From NCBI GenBank assembly GCA_964016885.1, contig OZ024752.1, positions 11,532,001-11,596,000 of the forward strand: a stretch of DNA of 64,000 bases, in the 5' to 3' direction. The notes under the pieces were generated by a model that saw nothing but the letters and a program-made list of their open reading frames with translations, did no database searches and was not told where the DNA came from. The translations under genes were made by a program, and so were the position numbers. Of this stretch, positions 27,454 to 41,834 are shown in pieces. Positions within the stretch are counted from its first letter, which is position 1, and every line of letters begins with the position of its first letter. Source of the DNA: Eledone cirrhosa. Lineage: Eukaryota.

Positions 27454-28014
27454 ACTCGATTATACGAGTTTTGCTACATTGGTAATTTCTACTTTTCATA
27501 TTCGTTAACACATATCTTATTTTCAAACGTCACTCACCCCACATTTTATTTTGAAGTTAACCAAGAGGATTACGCCACCCCTCATCTCCACACACCCCAA
27601 AAATATAGATTTACTAAAAACATTCAGCACAATACATCTTGGCTATACCCCAAAACTCCTATTGAATGGATATATATTAATTACACCCAGAAAAAAATTA
27701 TTAGCTGCTTCATTAATTTCGGCCTAAAATAACAATCACCTCTAACTTAAGCATTATGTATTTCTAGAGAATTATCCACAACTTTTCACAGTCAAATACT
27801 GACTATATGGAAAACTTAATGAACATCTTCATATATTAATTATTGCTATACAATCATATTTTTCCAAACTTTAATAATAATATAAGAGAGGAAACCTCTA
27901 GCCTATCATCAAAGAACGAATTCTTCAAAAATGCTGCCCACTATTACAATAAAATAATGTAATATAGTGGGTTGAACGATAAGACTATGTGTGACTCGAA
28001 CTCCACCACCTTAT

Positions 28015-28220
28015 AATGGTTTCTTATTTAGGCAAAAGCCTAGCAATTTGGGCGGAAGGAAAGTCGGTTAAATCAACCCAAGTGCGTGACTGGTACCTTA
28101 TTTTATCAACCCCCGTAAGGATGAAAAGCAAAGCTACTCTCAGCAGTATTTGAACTCAGAACGTAAAGACCCGTAACTCTCTGCCATGACGCTCTATTGA
28201 TACAGCCAATCCACCGCCCT
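28015..28220 (-). mobile_element. SINE S1 (long variant) inserted in the PLE relic
   Basis: Consensus match, diverged. Confidence 0.75.
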
Positions 28221-28432
28221 CCAGCTATCTAATACCTAGAAGAGACACTGCGATATTACCTGGTTAACACCTAGCTACTCCATTAATATTAAGTCTTCTT
28301 TTAAACTTAATAGATTAACATTTTCTCACCAATCACAGATTCTGAAAACTATTTTAAACGAAGTCAACTTAAACTGAGCAACCGACATGCTACCAACGCA
28401 TAATCATTAAATAAAGAGCAAACCCTCTAAAC

Positions 28433-28745
28433 CAGGGGTGTGGAACATATTCTATTCGTGGGCCACTTTTTGGAACAAGTATTAGGGCCGTTAATATTTA
28501 TTAAGCACTATTCCAAAGATTCAGCACAACTTCTTTCCATAACACGGAACTGTGAAAAATGAACACCAATAACCCTATCAGTGAAGCTCTTTAGTATAGG
28601 TCAACTAACAGAAAATGGTATTACGGTTACGAAAAAAATTCTAAATAGGCCTACAAGGTAAAATTTTAAAACGGTAATCGCGGGCCACTTTGACTGGTCA
28701 GGCGGGCCGGGTTGTGACCCGCAGACCACCTGTTGCACGTCCTTG
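28433..28745. mobile_element. hAT-type MITE
   Basis: TIRs caggggtgtggaaca / tgttgcacgtccttg; 8-bp TSD ctctaaac / ctctaaat; gcgggccg subterminal motifs. Confidence 0.75.
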
Positions 28746-29355
28746 CTCTAAATTAATGACGTTAGGTACACAGGCAAAAATACCCATACATTACAGTCAA
28801 GCATAGCTGAAGCGATTATCTACAAGGCAGATGTTACCTCAAAGAAACGACACCAAACCGAATCAATCATAAGCATTGTGGAGATATTGTAGAAAGCAGA
28901 TTTGAACGATACTTCAAACATATATAGCTTTATAGAGAATAGGAACGCGACAAAATTGATTACCTTTCGCATTTAAAAGAACACACCACTACTTTCAAAA
29001 TCAAGTGGGCGATCAGATTGTTTTCTCAAAGGTCGTCATTTCAATAATTAATTCTTAACATCTGCAAGATTGTATCCCCACCTAATTGAAGGGATGAATA
29101 TTTAAAACTAGGAACAATCAAACTCTATTCTTCCTCGTATCACATCCGCCATGATACACTACCGATCTATATTCACATTGCAATTGATATTGTTAATCCC
29201 TGCCAATAACTAACTATAACATGTTTGAGATCTTCAGCATTTCAATTCCATATTCATGATCAAAAATACTGAAACACGCATATAAATGTGTGTTTATTAT
29301 TCATTTTTTTTAAATAATTAAATTTTCATATGATCCCTAGATTTTACATTTTAAA

Positions 29356-29356
29356 T

Positions 29357-29387
<31 letters not shown>

Positions 29388-31420
29388 TATATAAAATATA
29401 TATATATGATATATATATATATATATAAAATAAATATATATATATAATATATATATATATATAGAATAAATATATATATATATAAAATATATATATATAT
29501 AAAATAAATATATATATAAAATATATATATATATAAAATATATATATATATAAAATATATATATATATAAAATATATATATATATAAAATATATATATAT
29601 ATAATATATATATATATATAAAATATATATATATATAATATATATATATATATAATATATATATATATATAATATATATATATATATAATATATATATAT
29701 AAATATAAAATATATATATATATATAAAATATATATATATATAAATATAAAATATATATATATAAAATATATATATATATAAAATATATATATATATAAA
29801 ATATATATATATATAAAATATATATATATAAAATATATATATATAATATATATATATATATAAAATATATATATATAATATATATATATATAAAATATAT
29901 AGATATAATATATATATATATATAAAATATATATATATAATATATATATATATATAAAATATATATATATAATATATATATATATAATATATATATATAT
30001 AATATATATATATAACATATATATATAATATATATAACATATATATATAACATATATATATAATATATATAACATATATATATACTATATATATATAATA
30101 TATATAACATATATATATATAATATATATATATAATATATATATATAATATATATATATATATATAATATATATATATAATATATATATATAATATATAT
30201 ATACATAATATATATATATATATAATATATATATACATAATATATATATATAATATATATATACATAATATATATATATATATAATATATATATACATAA
30301 TATATATATACATAATATATATATACATAATATATATAATATATATATACATAATATATATATATATAATATATATATACATAATATATATATATATAAT
30401 ATATATATATACATAATATATATATACATAATATATATATACATAATATATATATACATAATATATATATACATAATATATATATGCATAATATATATAT
30501 ATATAATATATATATACATAATATATATATATATATAATATATATATATATAATATATATATATATATATAATATATATATACATAATATATATATACAT
30601 AATATATATATATATAATATATATATACATAATATATATATATATAATATATATATATATATAATATATATATACATAATATATATATACATAATATATA
30701 TATACATAATATATATATACATAATATATATATACATAATATATATATACATAATATATATATACATAATATATATATATATATAATATATATATACATA
30801 ATATATATATATATATAATATATATATACATAATATATATATATATATAATATATATATACATAATATATATATATATAATATATATATACATAATATAT
30901 ATATATATAATATATATATATATAATATATATATAATATATATATATATAATATATATATATATATTATATATATATTATATATATATATATATTATATA
31001 TATATTTAAATATATATATTATATATATATATTATATATATATATTATATATATATATTATATATATATATTATATATATATATTATATATATTATATAT
31101 ATATATTATATATATTATATTATATATATTATATATATATATTATATATATATATATAATATATATATATAATATATAATATAATATATATATATATATA
31201 TATAATATATATAATATATATATAATATATATATATAATATATATATATAATATATATATATAATATATATATATAATATATATATATAATATATATATA
31301 TAATATATATATATAATATATATATATATATAATATATATATATAATATATATATATATATAATATATATATATATATAATATATATATAATATATATAT
31401 ATAACATATATATAATATAT

Positions 31421-31462
<42 letters not shown>

Positions 31463-31520
31463 TATATATATAATATATATATATAACATATATATATAAC
31501 ATATATATAAAATATATAAT
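29356..31520. repeat. Approx. 2.2 kb TA-derived low-complexity array
   Basis: Direct observation. Confidence 0.95.
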
Positions 31521-31739
31521 ACGTGGGATATAATTTGTTTTCACGTCTCTTTGATTTCATGAATTTAGTAATAACTCGGAAATTGTGGGAAATATTTTCG
31601 TTGAACTTATAAAGATTTCTTTGTCTTCGTCAATTTTTTCGATACGTTTTAAAACAAAATTAAATTATAGAAAATACATATATATGTGTGTTTAATTCCA
31701 TAATACTAAACTTTTCTTTTGATGTTTTTGTAATATTCC

Positions 31740-32480
31740 GGGAGAAATTTCAGCAGCTATTACCATATTCTTTGAAGTCATTGAATCTCTCGAAAGGGTT
31801 AGCAGTGGTAATATGATATTCATTTGAAGACGTATAGGAATTTTCCTCTAGATCAGGTTGAAATTCTTAATGACTTCTAGATAATAGTATTTAACAAAAA
31901 ATGTCTAAAAGAATTTGAAAATTCAATTTTATTGAAATAGGGTTTGCTACTTTTATTGCGATAAAACGAAAATGCACTTAATAAATAAACCAATACACTG
32001 TATAGGATGGGCTTGTCTTCCAAGCAATTAGAATGTTGAGAAGTGTCGGTGAAGTTTCAACTTTATTTTGTTGATTATTTCAAAGCTGGTTCTTCGGACA
32101 TCATAATCACCCTGGGGATGACATAGGTGATTACGATAAAGTTGGATTTCTAAAGAAGTTTCAATGATTTATATAGCATTTTTCCCAGAGAAGATGTTAG
32201 GGAAGTGGTGAAAATTGAAGATCATTAGTTACAAAGGATTTATCGATGAACAACTGAATATTTAAAATGGTTGATGCATTCAGAACTATAGTGCGACAAC
32301 CCAAACACCTCAGAGGAAATTAAAAGGTCACACTTAAAATAATATAACATATTTGATGGAACGAAAATCAGATCAAAGAGAGAAATGGTGGAATTAATTC
32401 AGCATATTTGCCCAGCGATATTTGCTAACTTCTTCAGCACTCAAATAGATACGATACACTAATGTTCTCTAGAGAATATA
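31740..32480 (-). pseudogene. Possible highly decayed PLE-type RT remnant
   Basis: Minus-strand fragments PMSSP, KPILY, FLDI in the expected order; many stops. Confidence 0.3.
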
Positions 32481-32599
32481 TATAAACAACAATGAACCAT
32501 ACATGATTGCCTTTCATCCTTACGGGGTCGATAAAATAAAGTACCAGTAATGTACTAGGTAATTGCTGGCTTTGTGCCAAAAGCAGTAACAATTATGAA

Positions 32600-33405
32600 T
32601 TTAGTTGTTGCTGTAATCAAAATATAAAGACTGATTTATTTTAGATTTCTTGATAAAACTGTTCGACTAAAGAGAGAAATTTATGAGCAGTGATATAAAG
32701 TGTACCCCCGGCATACGCGGACCCGAGATTTGTGGTCCCACTTATTCGCGGAATTTTCCTTAGAATCTAACTAATTATTGTTGTTGCAGTAATCAAAATA
32801 TAAAGACCTCTGCTGTTTTATTTTAGATTTCTTGACAAAACTGTTCTACTGAAGAGGGGAAATTATAAGCAGTAATATACAATGTACCTCCGGCATACGC
32901 GGACCCGAGATTTTCAGGAACAGTTATTCGCGAAATTTTCCTTAGAATCTAATTATTGTTGTTGCAGGAATCAAAATATAAAGACCTCCGTTGATTTATT
33001 TTAGATTTCTTGACAAAACTGTTCTACTGAAGGGGGAAAATTATGAGCAGTTATATACAGTGTAACCCCGTTATACGCAGACCCGAGATTTGCGGTCCTA
33101 GTTATTCGCAGAATTTTCCTTAGAACCTAATAAATAATTGATCGTGGAAACCACCGCATATTCGCGGAATTGTAAATATCTTCTGCGTTATTTTTATTGC
33201 TTCTTTTCGTATCAATATATATATTTTCCCCGCTTTTTAACGTTAAATTATTAATAACAATATACCGCATTTGCCGGCCTATATTTTACGTCATATTTTG
33301 ACGTTTATAGGTATTTTTATAAACCACGTCCGATATTCGCGGTTTCTCGTTCTTCGCAGCTGTTCTAGGAACGTAACCCCCGCGAATACCGGGGGACAAC
33401 TGTCT
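32600..33405. mobile_element. pogo/Tigger-like MITE (33058-33403) preceded by two approx. 180-bp tandem copies of its left end and flank
   Basis: ta-cagtgtaaccccg...cgc / ccgcgaataccgggggacaactg termini; left-end copies at approx. 32698 and 32880. Confidence 0.6.
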
Positions 33406-33479
33406 ATAGAATGTAATACAGAGGAGACTGGGGTTAGCTGGACATGCTGGTCAACATTCAGAGTTGACACTGCACTCAG

Positions 33480-34032
33480 ATGTCCGAAGGACGAAGGGCA
33501 AAACTAACTTCGGCGTGATTTGAACTCAGAACGTAAAGGGCCGTAACAATATGCCGTAAAGCTTGTTGTCCGACGCTCCAACGTCTCTCTCCATCCACCG
33601 CCATTTATAATCAACGAACGAAAATAATAATAGAGTTATTCGGTGCATATTGGTATTGATTGAATAACCATTGTATGCTTATCGATTCTCATCGAATCCA
33701 GATATGAAATCATGGCTTTACTTACTGTAAGGTCAATTGTACAAACGATTACCTGATACTCTCTAATTTAAACATGCGTACTTTGAAGAATGGGATTTTG
33801 TCGAAATATAACCTTATGAAGAAGAGAGACACTTGAGCACGATGAATTTGATGGAAAACATTCCACCTGGCAGTATCGGTAGAGGGTCTGACGCCATGGT
33901 TTGCAGCAAAGAGTCATGTCCCTTTATGGTCACAGTTCAAATCCCGCCGCGGTTAACTTTGCCTTTCTTCTTTACCAGTAATATACTGGGATAACTGCTG
34001 GCATTGTATTGTGCCAAAAGTAGAAACAATTA
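33480..34032. mobile_element. SINE S1 copies (33480-33603 minus; 33868-34032 plus)
   Basis: A/B boxes. Confidence 0.75.
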
Positions 34033-34073
34033 TTTGAATTCAGAGGACTCAATTGTTTATTTTATATATTCTT

Positions 34074-34137
<64 letters not shown>

Positions 34138-34242
34138 AAGAATATATAAAATAAACAATTGAGTCCTCTGAATTCAAATAATTGTTTCTACTTTTGGCAC
34201 AATACAATATATATATATATATATATATATTTTATATATTCT

Positions 34243-34298
<56 letters not shown>

Positions 34299-34363
34299 AA
34301 GAATATATAAAATAAACAATTGAGTCCTCTGAATTCAAATAATTGTTTCTACTTTTGGCACAA

Positions 34364-34433
<70 letters not shown>

Positions 34434-35254
34434 ATACTTTGGGAGTGTCATGTTGCCAATAAATTCAGAAACGAAATATATATATATAATTGAATATAAA
34501 AGAGATAAACACAGATATAAATATACATGTGTTCAAATCGTATATTCGCACACTATTCAGTCTTCTGAGATACTTAGAACTGAAGGGTTTACTAATTTTA
34601 CACCACTGATGAGCAAAGAATTGGTAATTCCCTTCGCTAAAATTGCAAAACAGCCTACCATAAGGTGCCCCGGCAGTTGCCCAATATAGGTTTGATTTAT
34701 TATTTTAAATTGAGTCTGGCAAACCATATAGTTAATAGTCAGTATTATTTTCACCCTAGCGAACTTGGTCCATTACGATTTGAACACATGTATGTTTATG
34801 TCTGTGTTTATATCTCTCTTTTATATTCAATTATATTACACAGCTCAGAAAAACCTCTTTCTTTGAGCTATATAATTGTAAGAGACTATTTTGAGTTTCT
34901 AACTCAATATATACCTTTGATATATATATATATATATATATTGTTATACTTTGGGAGGGTCATGTTGCCAATAAGAAACACACGCACCAGTAGCTTTCAC
35001 TCCAATTTATTATAAATTAAACATTTTTTTACTTTATAATAAATTGGAGTGAAAGCAACATGACCCTCCCAAAGTATAACAATATCGGTTTCAATACACG
35101 TTTTCAGATAAAGAATCTTGCTAAACAAATTCAGAAACGAAATATAACAATATATATATGTATAAAAGATCGATCTACTTTCGTCAGATCGGACCGAGGG
35201 AACAATGTGTTTCGTCGGTCTTTCCAGTTGCTAGTACTATCTATCGGGCGCCAC

Positions 35255-35385
35255 TCCAGGTAGAAGGAGCAACGTGAAATAAAGTGTCTTGCTCAAGGAC
35301 ATAACGCATCACCCGTTCCAGGAATCGAACTCACAACCTCAAGATTGTGAACCCAATTCTCTAACAACTCAGGCACACCCCTTCA
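35255..35385 (-). mobile_element. Second tRNA-derived SINE family (S2) head
   Basis: Minus strand gagttcgattcc B box followed by gtccttgagcaagacacttta conserved domain. Confidence 0.65.
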
Positions 35386-35939
35386 TATATGTATATACTG
35401 AAATAACCACTCCCAGATAAGTAAACTTTAACATATTAATGATAGTCATGTACACTTTATTCAAAGTATTAGTTCAATATAATGATAAACGCCAGACAAT
35501 TACTAAAGGTCGATTTTATCAATATACGCCACCAAATAATTGTGGTTTTGTATTAGTTTGAGGTTTCGGTCAAAGCCGGCAAATTGCAGCTGCCTCGCTG
35601 TTTGAATATTCAATGATGAATGCAACGAATTGCATAAGGTTTTTCACAGTACTTTTCTACATAACTAATATTGTTGACATGCTCCTAAACATAATGTATA
35701 TTCACTATAGATTTATAGTATGTCAATGATTAATGTATGGCAACAGCTTTTAACCGATAAGAAATTTTACGTGTTCAAAATATTAAAATTGTACTAAGTA
35801 ATTTTTAAGTATTGAATTTGTATTTTACACACCATAATGACAAAAAGGAAAAGGAAACTTCATTCAACATAAACTTATATATTATCACTTTTTGTATGTT
35901 CCATTGTGTAAGGATATCATACGTTTGTCTTCGCTTTGC

Positions 35940-36245
35940 AGCGATATCAGCACTATGGAACGATATTACACGTGTTGCGTCGCTCTATAACGATATCACC
36001 ACTGTGTAACGGTATAACATGTATTTCGGCGCTCTGTAATGATATCACCAGTATGTAACGATATCACATGTGTATCGTCACACTGTATTGATATCACCAC
36101 TATGTAACGATATTACACGTGTTTCGTCGCTCTATAGTGATATCACTACTGTGTAACGATATAACATGTGTATCGTCGTTCTATAATGCTATCACCACTA
36201 AGTGACGATATCTCATGAGTGTCATCATTTTGTGGCGATATCATA
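35940..36245 (+). repeat. 49-bp minisatellite, approx. 6 units
   Basis: gatatcac at 35992, 36041, 36090, 36139. Confidence 0.8.
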
Positions 36246-36316
36246 GTGTATGACAGTATTGAATGACAGTACGCCAGATTTATCAATAAATGCATTTCTG
36301 TCTCTAATAGTAATAA

Positions 36317-37145
36317 TAATTGTTTCTACGATAGGCACAAAGTGCCCAAACCTTTTCGGGAAAGGGAAAGTCGATTAAATCGAACCCAATGCATTACTGG
36401 TACTTTACTTTATCGGCCACATAAGTACAAATGTATTTTAAACAAACACTAATATATAATATATATTATGATTTTCATCCTTACGGGGTCGATAAAATAA
36501 ACCACCAGTAATATACTGGGGTCAATTTAATCGACATTCCCCTCCCCCTAAATTACTGGCCTTGTGTCTATAGTAGGAATCATTATTATTGCAGGGCGAT
36601 GGATTGGCAGTATCGGTAGAGAGTCGGACGCCATGCTTTGACGCATAGAGTTACGGCCTTTGCCATTCTGAGTTCAAATCTCGCCGAGGTTAACTTTGCC
36701 TTTCAACCTTACGGGGTCGATAAAATAAAGTACCAGTAATGCACTGGGGCAATTGCTGGCCTTGTGCCAAAAGTAGAAACAATTATTATTGCTGTTGCTG
36801 TTTTTGTTGTTGTTCAAGCCCCACTGAGGTTACCTTTGCCTTTCAACCTTACGGGGTCGATAAAATAAAGTACCAGTAATGCACTGGGGCAATTGCTGGC
36901 CTTGAGCCAAAAGTAGAAACAATTATTATTGCTGTTGCTGTTTTTGTTGTTGTTCAAGCCCCACCGAGGTTACCTTTGCCTTTCAACCTTACGGGGTCGA
37001 TAAAATAAAGTACCAGTAATGCACTGGGGCAATTGCTGGCCTTGTGCCAAAAGTAGAAACAATTATTATTGCTGTTGCTGTTTTTGTTGTTGTTCAAGCC
37101 CCACCGAGGTTACCTTTGCCTATCATTCTTACGGGGTCGATAAAG
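36317..37145 (+). mobile_element. SINE S1 cluster including 140-bp tandem amplification of the SINE 3' half
   Basis: tttcaaccttacggggtcga at 36701, 36841, 36981 and a variant at 37121; the first fragment (36317-36420) is on the minus strand. Confidence 0.85.
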
Positions 37146-38477
37146 CACGAGTAATGTACTGTAATGTAGTCATAATGATTCGAACCTGGCTCATTAAATT
37201 GGAACACAATCAGCTTACTAGAACTCCGTGGTTATTGTATCTAACGTAAATATATCGAATGAATTTACAAACGTAACTTATAGGGGGTAGTTTTCAGACA
37301 GTTTATGTCATGTTGTTCCAGTCTGTTTTTTCGGGCAACTATGAGTTGTATCTCAACTTCAAGTGACTAGATTTATCACACTCACACACGTGTATCACAT
37401 ATAATCTCCCTGAGAACAATATTAAGTGCCCATGTGTCTGTGGAAAGCTCAGTCGCTTTCACGTTAATTTCAAGAGCATGCTGTTCTATTCTTTGTGGGA
37501 AAAATTGTAATGGTCGGAATTAAAGGAGATCCAGCTAAGCTAACTTATACTTCATGTCATTAACATGAAAGTTTTTCTCCATCTCCGTTTTCTATGCAGT
37601 CTTCAACTTACAGCTGAAATAGGGAAGGGCTTGCAAAGGCCATGAACACTGAGTCATCCCCTCTGATTAACATTTGGAAAAAAAGAATGCATAATATATT
37701 AACTAAAATGAAAGAAAGTAAAGAAAAGATAAAAGTAAACTGTGTGAACCTGTGATATATGCTACATATTGATTGCTCTTGAATAGGCAGAAGGTTAATT
37801 GTTTTTCAGAAGACATGTAAAAGATGGTTGAATCGTTTATATTATATTAAGTGCATATATTTTATCGACCGCAGCTTAAAGAAAGGAAGTTGAACCTCAC
37901 ATACACTCTGACTTACTTCTAAATTGACTATGACCACCGTCTCTTTTGATGTTCAGCATCTATCATGTATTGACGTCTAGGTTCTATGGTGTTAACAATC
38001 AACCCATTTAATTCAAAGTCAGATCACGCTGCACTAAGTATAGGTTGCAATGTATTCTTTATAATTGATTCGGCCAAACGAAACCAAGTAATAGTAGTAG
38101 TAGTAGTAGTAGTAGCAGTAGCAGTAGTAGTAGTAATAATAATAATAATAATAATATCAAGCTGAGAAATTCAAAGCAGAAACTGAATTGACAGATAATC
38201 ATGAAGAAAAAAGAAAACCCGGAAGAAACGAAAACAGAAAATGCAAAAAAGTTAAAATCCAAAACAGATCTCCAGATTTTTATGCCTAAACAATATAAAG
38301 AAAGAAACTACAGAGTCAATAGCTGAAAACCCTGAATTAAAAAACCAGTTAAGAAACACTGCAGAAATAGTGGAGACAGAGGAATTACAGATTACAGCTC
38401 AAGATCAAAGCCAGCCTAACAGAAACTACGAAAAATACACAATGAAAATATTCGCGCATTGTCACTAATATTATAAT

Positions 38478-40025
38478 AATTATTTCTACTTTAGGCACAA
38501 GGCCAGCAATTACGTAGTACATTACTGGTACTTTATTTTATCGACCCCGTAAGGATGAAAGGCAAAGTTAACCTCGGCGGGATTTGAACTTATTCCGTAA
38601 AGGGACATAACTGTGCTGCAAACCATGGCGTCCGCTTTGCGGCGTAGAGTTACGGCCCTGTACGTTCTACGTTCACATACCGCCAAGTTTAGCTTTGCCT
38701 TTCATTATTAGGGGATCGATAAATAAAGTACCAGTAATGCACTGGGGTCTATTTAATCGACTTTCCCCTCCCCTTCAAATTGCTGGCCTTGTGCCTAAAG
38801 TAGAAACCATTATAATTGTTTCTACGTTTGGCCAGCAATTATCTAGTACATTACTGGTACTTTATTTTATCGATCCTCGTAAGGATGAAAGGCAAAGTTA
38901 ACCTCGGCAGGATTTGAACTCATACCGTAAAGGGCCGTAACTCTATGCTGCAAAGCATGGCGTCCGACTCTCTACCGATACTGCTAATAATAATAGATTC
39001 AAATGACCGTATTTTTAGTCCAGATATAATAGTTTCCTGTAAAATTCCTTTACAGCTGTACATCCCTCGTCAATCTTATATTAAACCTTAATAATTGTTT
39101 CTACTTTTGGCACAAGGCCAGCAATTACCCAGTGCATTACTGGTACTTTAGTTTATCGATCCCGTTATGATGAAAGGTAAAGTTAACCTCGACGGGATTT
39201 GAACTCAGACTTTAAGGGGACGTAACTATTCTGGAAAGCATGGTGTCCGACCCTCTACCGATACTGGCAATTCGCCTCTTAATAATGAACAATCCAGGAA
39301 CAAACCTAGATTTGCTAGAAGCTCGATTTGCTAGTCTTTATCAAAAAGAATATATTCACAGACATGATAGAGTTGAGATTTACATACAGGGGAAATTATG
39401 CTTACACTGCGAAATATCAACAGTCTCGTTATTATCAATTTCAAATTTGTTGTCATTAAATTTAATTTCAGCGTCTATAGGGCGGTGGATTGGCAATATC
39501 GGTAGAGGGTCTATGCTTTGCAGGAAAGTGTTACGGCCCTTTATGGTCTACGTTCAAATCCCGCCGAGGTTAACTTTGCCTTTCATCCTTACGAGGTCGA
39601 TAAAATAAAGAACCAGTAATACACTGGGATAATTGCTGGCCTTGTGCCCAAAGTAGAAACAATTAAGTTTAATTTCAGCATCGTTAACTTAAATTTCATC
39701 ATTGTTAATTTAAATTTTGCTGTGAGTGTAAGAGGCTCTTTAAATATTCAGCTGCTCTTAGGATTCACCGCAAAGAACATGGATGCATGTCAGTGAACAG
39801 AGTTTGGCATGGACATTGAATAATAAATTTGGTATCACCCGAGGTGATAACATAACGTAACTTTCTTATGTTAGAGGAATAAATGCTGTACAAATATATT
39901 GGTCTCTGATATATGTACAAGGCCAGCAATTTTGGATGAGAGGAAAGACGATTAAATTGACCCCAGTGCGTGACTGGTACTTTATTTTATTAACCACGTA
40001 TGGATGAAAGGAAAAGTGAACCTCG
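38478..40025. mobile_element. Cluster of six SINE S1 copies in both orientations
   Basis: Approx. 38478(-), 38640(+), 38814(-), 39092(-), 39480(+), 39915(-). Confidence 0.85.
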
Positions 40026-40218
40026 TACAAATATCTTTCTTGAAAGATTGTAATACAAGAGGTCTTATGTTAATAAGTATAAATATGTTTGATGATACAG
40101 TCTTCGATAATCTCCGAGAGAGCAAGGTAATAACACAGATAGACTGTTGAATGTCATATCATTCCTCAACCTGAGATAATACTGTTCACTACGACATGAA
40201 GTGATGAATCCTATAAGG

Positions 40219-40467
40219 CAGTGTTAAACATGTTAAACATGTTAAACATGCGGCCCACGGGCCAATGCGGCCTTTTACAAGCACACCTGCGGCCTGCACA
40301 AAGGTTTTTTTACAATGCGAGCATGTTTTATCTTCGTAAAATTAGTTGTAATGTTCGCAATTAATTGTCGTGTGTGGCCCTCAGACAACACATGTGACCT
40401 ATGTGACCCTCAGACAACACATATGTGACCCATGTGGTCCTCGGGGGACCCTCAGTTTGCATGCCTG
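40219..40467. mobile_element. hAT-type MITE
   Basis: CAG...CTG termini, perfect 8-bp TSD ctataagg (40211-40218, 40468-40475), gcggccc motifs. Confidence 0.8.
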
Positions 40468-41039
40468 CTATAAGGTACAATATGACAGTAGATATACTTA
40501 GCTGCCTAGTTACTTTCTAATCTATTTCTGTGTGTCTGTTGATTCTGATACAATGAATGAAGATTCGGTTAGACCACAAACGTTAAAGGGAGCATGGCGT
40601 GGCAGAAAACGAGAAACCAATGCGTATGTTTTAAGTTTTGATGTGTTACTGTATTATTGAATACATATGCAGAGAGGTTAAAGTATTGTTCGAATGAATT
40701 GTCAATTCCTGAAACCCAGGCTGACCGTTATATTAAAATAAATTCTTCTGATAAAAGGAAATAATAGAGACAGCCTTTGTACAATAACTAAACGTTGAAT
40801 AATGTGGCTCCTTTAATTATAGTCAGATTAGATTTTGATGAGATGCTTAAATACTTTTATGGAATATGTGACTCTAAATTGAACGGTTAGAAAATTTTGT
40901 AAAAAATATAATACCAATCCTGGGTAAAATTGATTGTGGGAGAGATAGTTTGTGTTTGTGTCTGATAGTGAATGAGTGCCTGTTAATATCTGAAAGAAAC
41001 TGAGTAAATACAGTTAACTCTTCAATTTATGAGATGATA

Positions 41040-41227
41040 TCTATAAAAGAGGGATGTTTATTGGTTGGTTGGTTTGCTGGCTGGTTGGTTGGTTTGGTTG
41101 AATTACACGAAAACTACACACACAAAAATTCACACACACACACATTACGGTTTTACCTCATACCAGACAACACACCAATACAGTCGTTTTCTCTGTTGTC
41201 CCGGGCGAAGCCGGGTATCTCAGCTAG
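41040..41227 (+). mobile_element. Short non-autonomous Helitron
   Basis: Starts a|TC; (ttgg)n; 3' hairpin cccgggcgaagccggg then CTAG|t. Confidence 0.65.
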
Positions 41228-41834
41228 TGTGTGTATAACTGTGATAACACTAAAAGTCTACCTTAATTTGTTGACTTTCTTTATATTCATTTAAATGGGC
41301 ATGGTATAAGAAACTAAAGCAACACGATTCGATTTCATATTTAACATATATCTGTTGATATATGTATGGCTATAGGCATGTATAAATATTCAGTGCAACA
41401 AAATGTCAAAATATCGCTCACAAATCGATATTTGTCGAATATTTCGTTTACTACTTGGTACCACAAGAAACCAATATGCAAATAAAAAAATTAAATATTA
41501 GAAAACTATATTGGATTCTACTCTGAAATCAATAACGGATTGCAGACAACTTGGGGCAAAAAAGCAAGAAAAACTTTATTTCTTAAGAAAGATTTGAGTT
41601 ATATGTGTTATTAATAAAACATTGCTTTACGCTAACATGATTTTTGGAATGCAGTGGAGTGAAATAACGAAAATAGCATGTATAATAAGATGGAATATTC
41701 TTAAAATGGACATATATGGCTTTAGGCTTAGGTCGTCTAGCAATCTGAAACAATTATGGGATGCATCTTAAAATGATCGAACGGTGGTTATTTTGCTGAT
41801 ATCTTGCGTGTAGAAATAGGTCACATCTAGTAAA

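Larger units (their letters stand above)
27600..29100 (+). pseudogene. Decayed Penelope-like ORF (RT thumb to GIY-YIG endonuclease)
   Basis: Frameshifted remnants: SLSSKNEFFKNAAHYYN..YSG, ITW.TPSYSINIK, LNLID.HF, IIYKADVT, FKIKWAI, resembling PLE motifs LSSN..F..AA..YN, IIWFNPPYS, VYKA, IKW. Confidence 0.6.

Noticed and set aside
34600-34685. Hammerhead-like CTGATGA-gcaa..ttgc-AAAA
   Set aside because: GAAA is mutated and there is no stem I partner; at best a decayed copy
38190-38450. K/E-rich coding-like stretch
   Set aside because: Interrupted by stops and has no recognisable motif; may be a retroelement ORF1 remnant but cannot be supported
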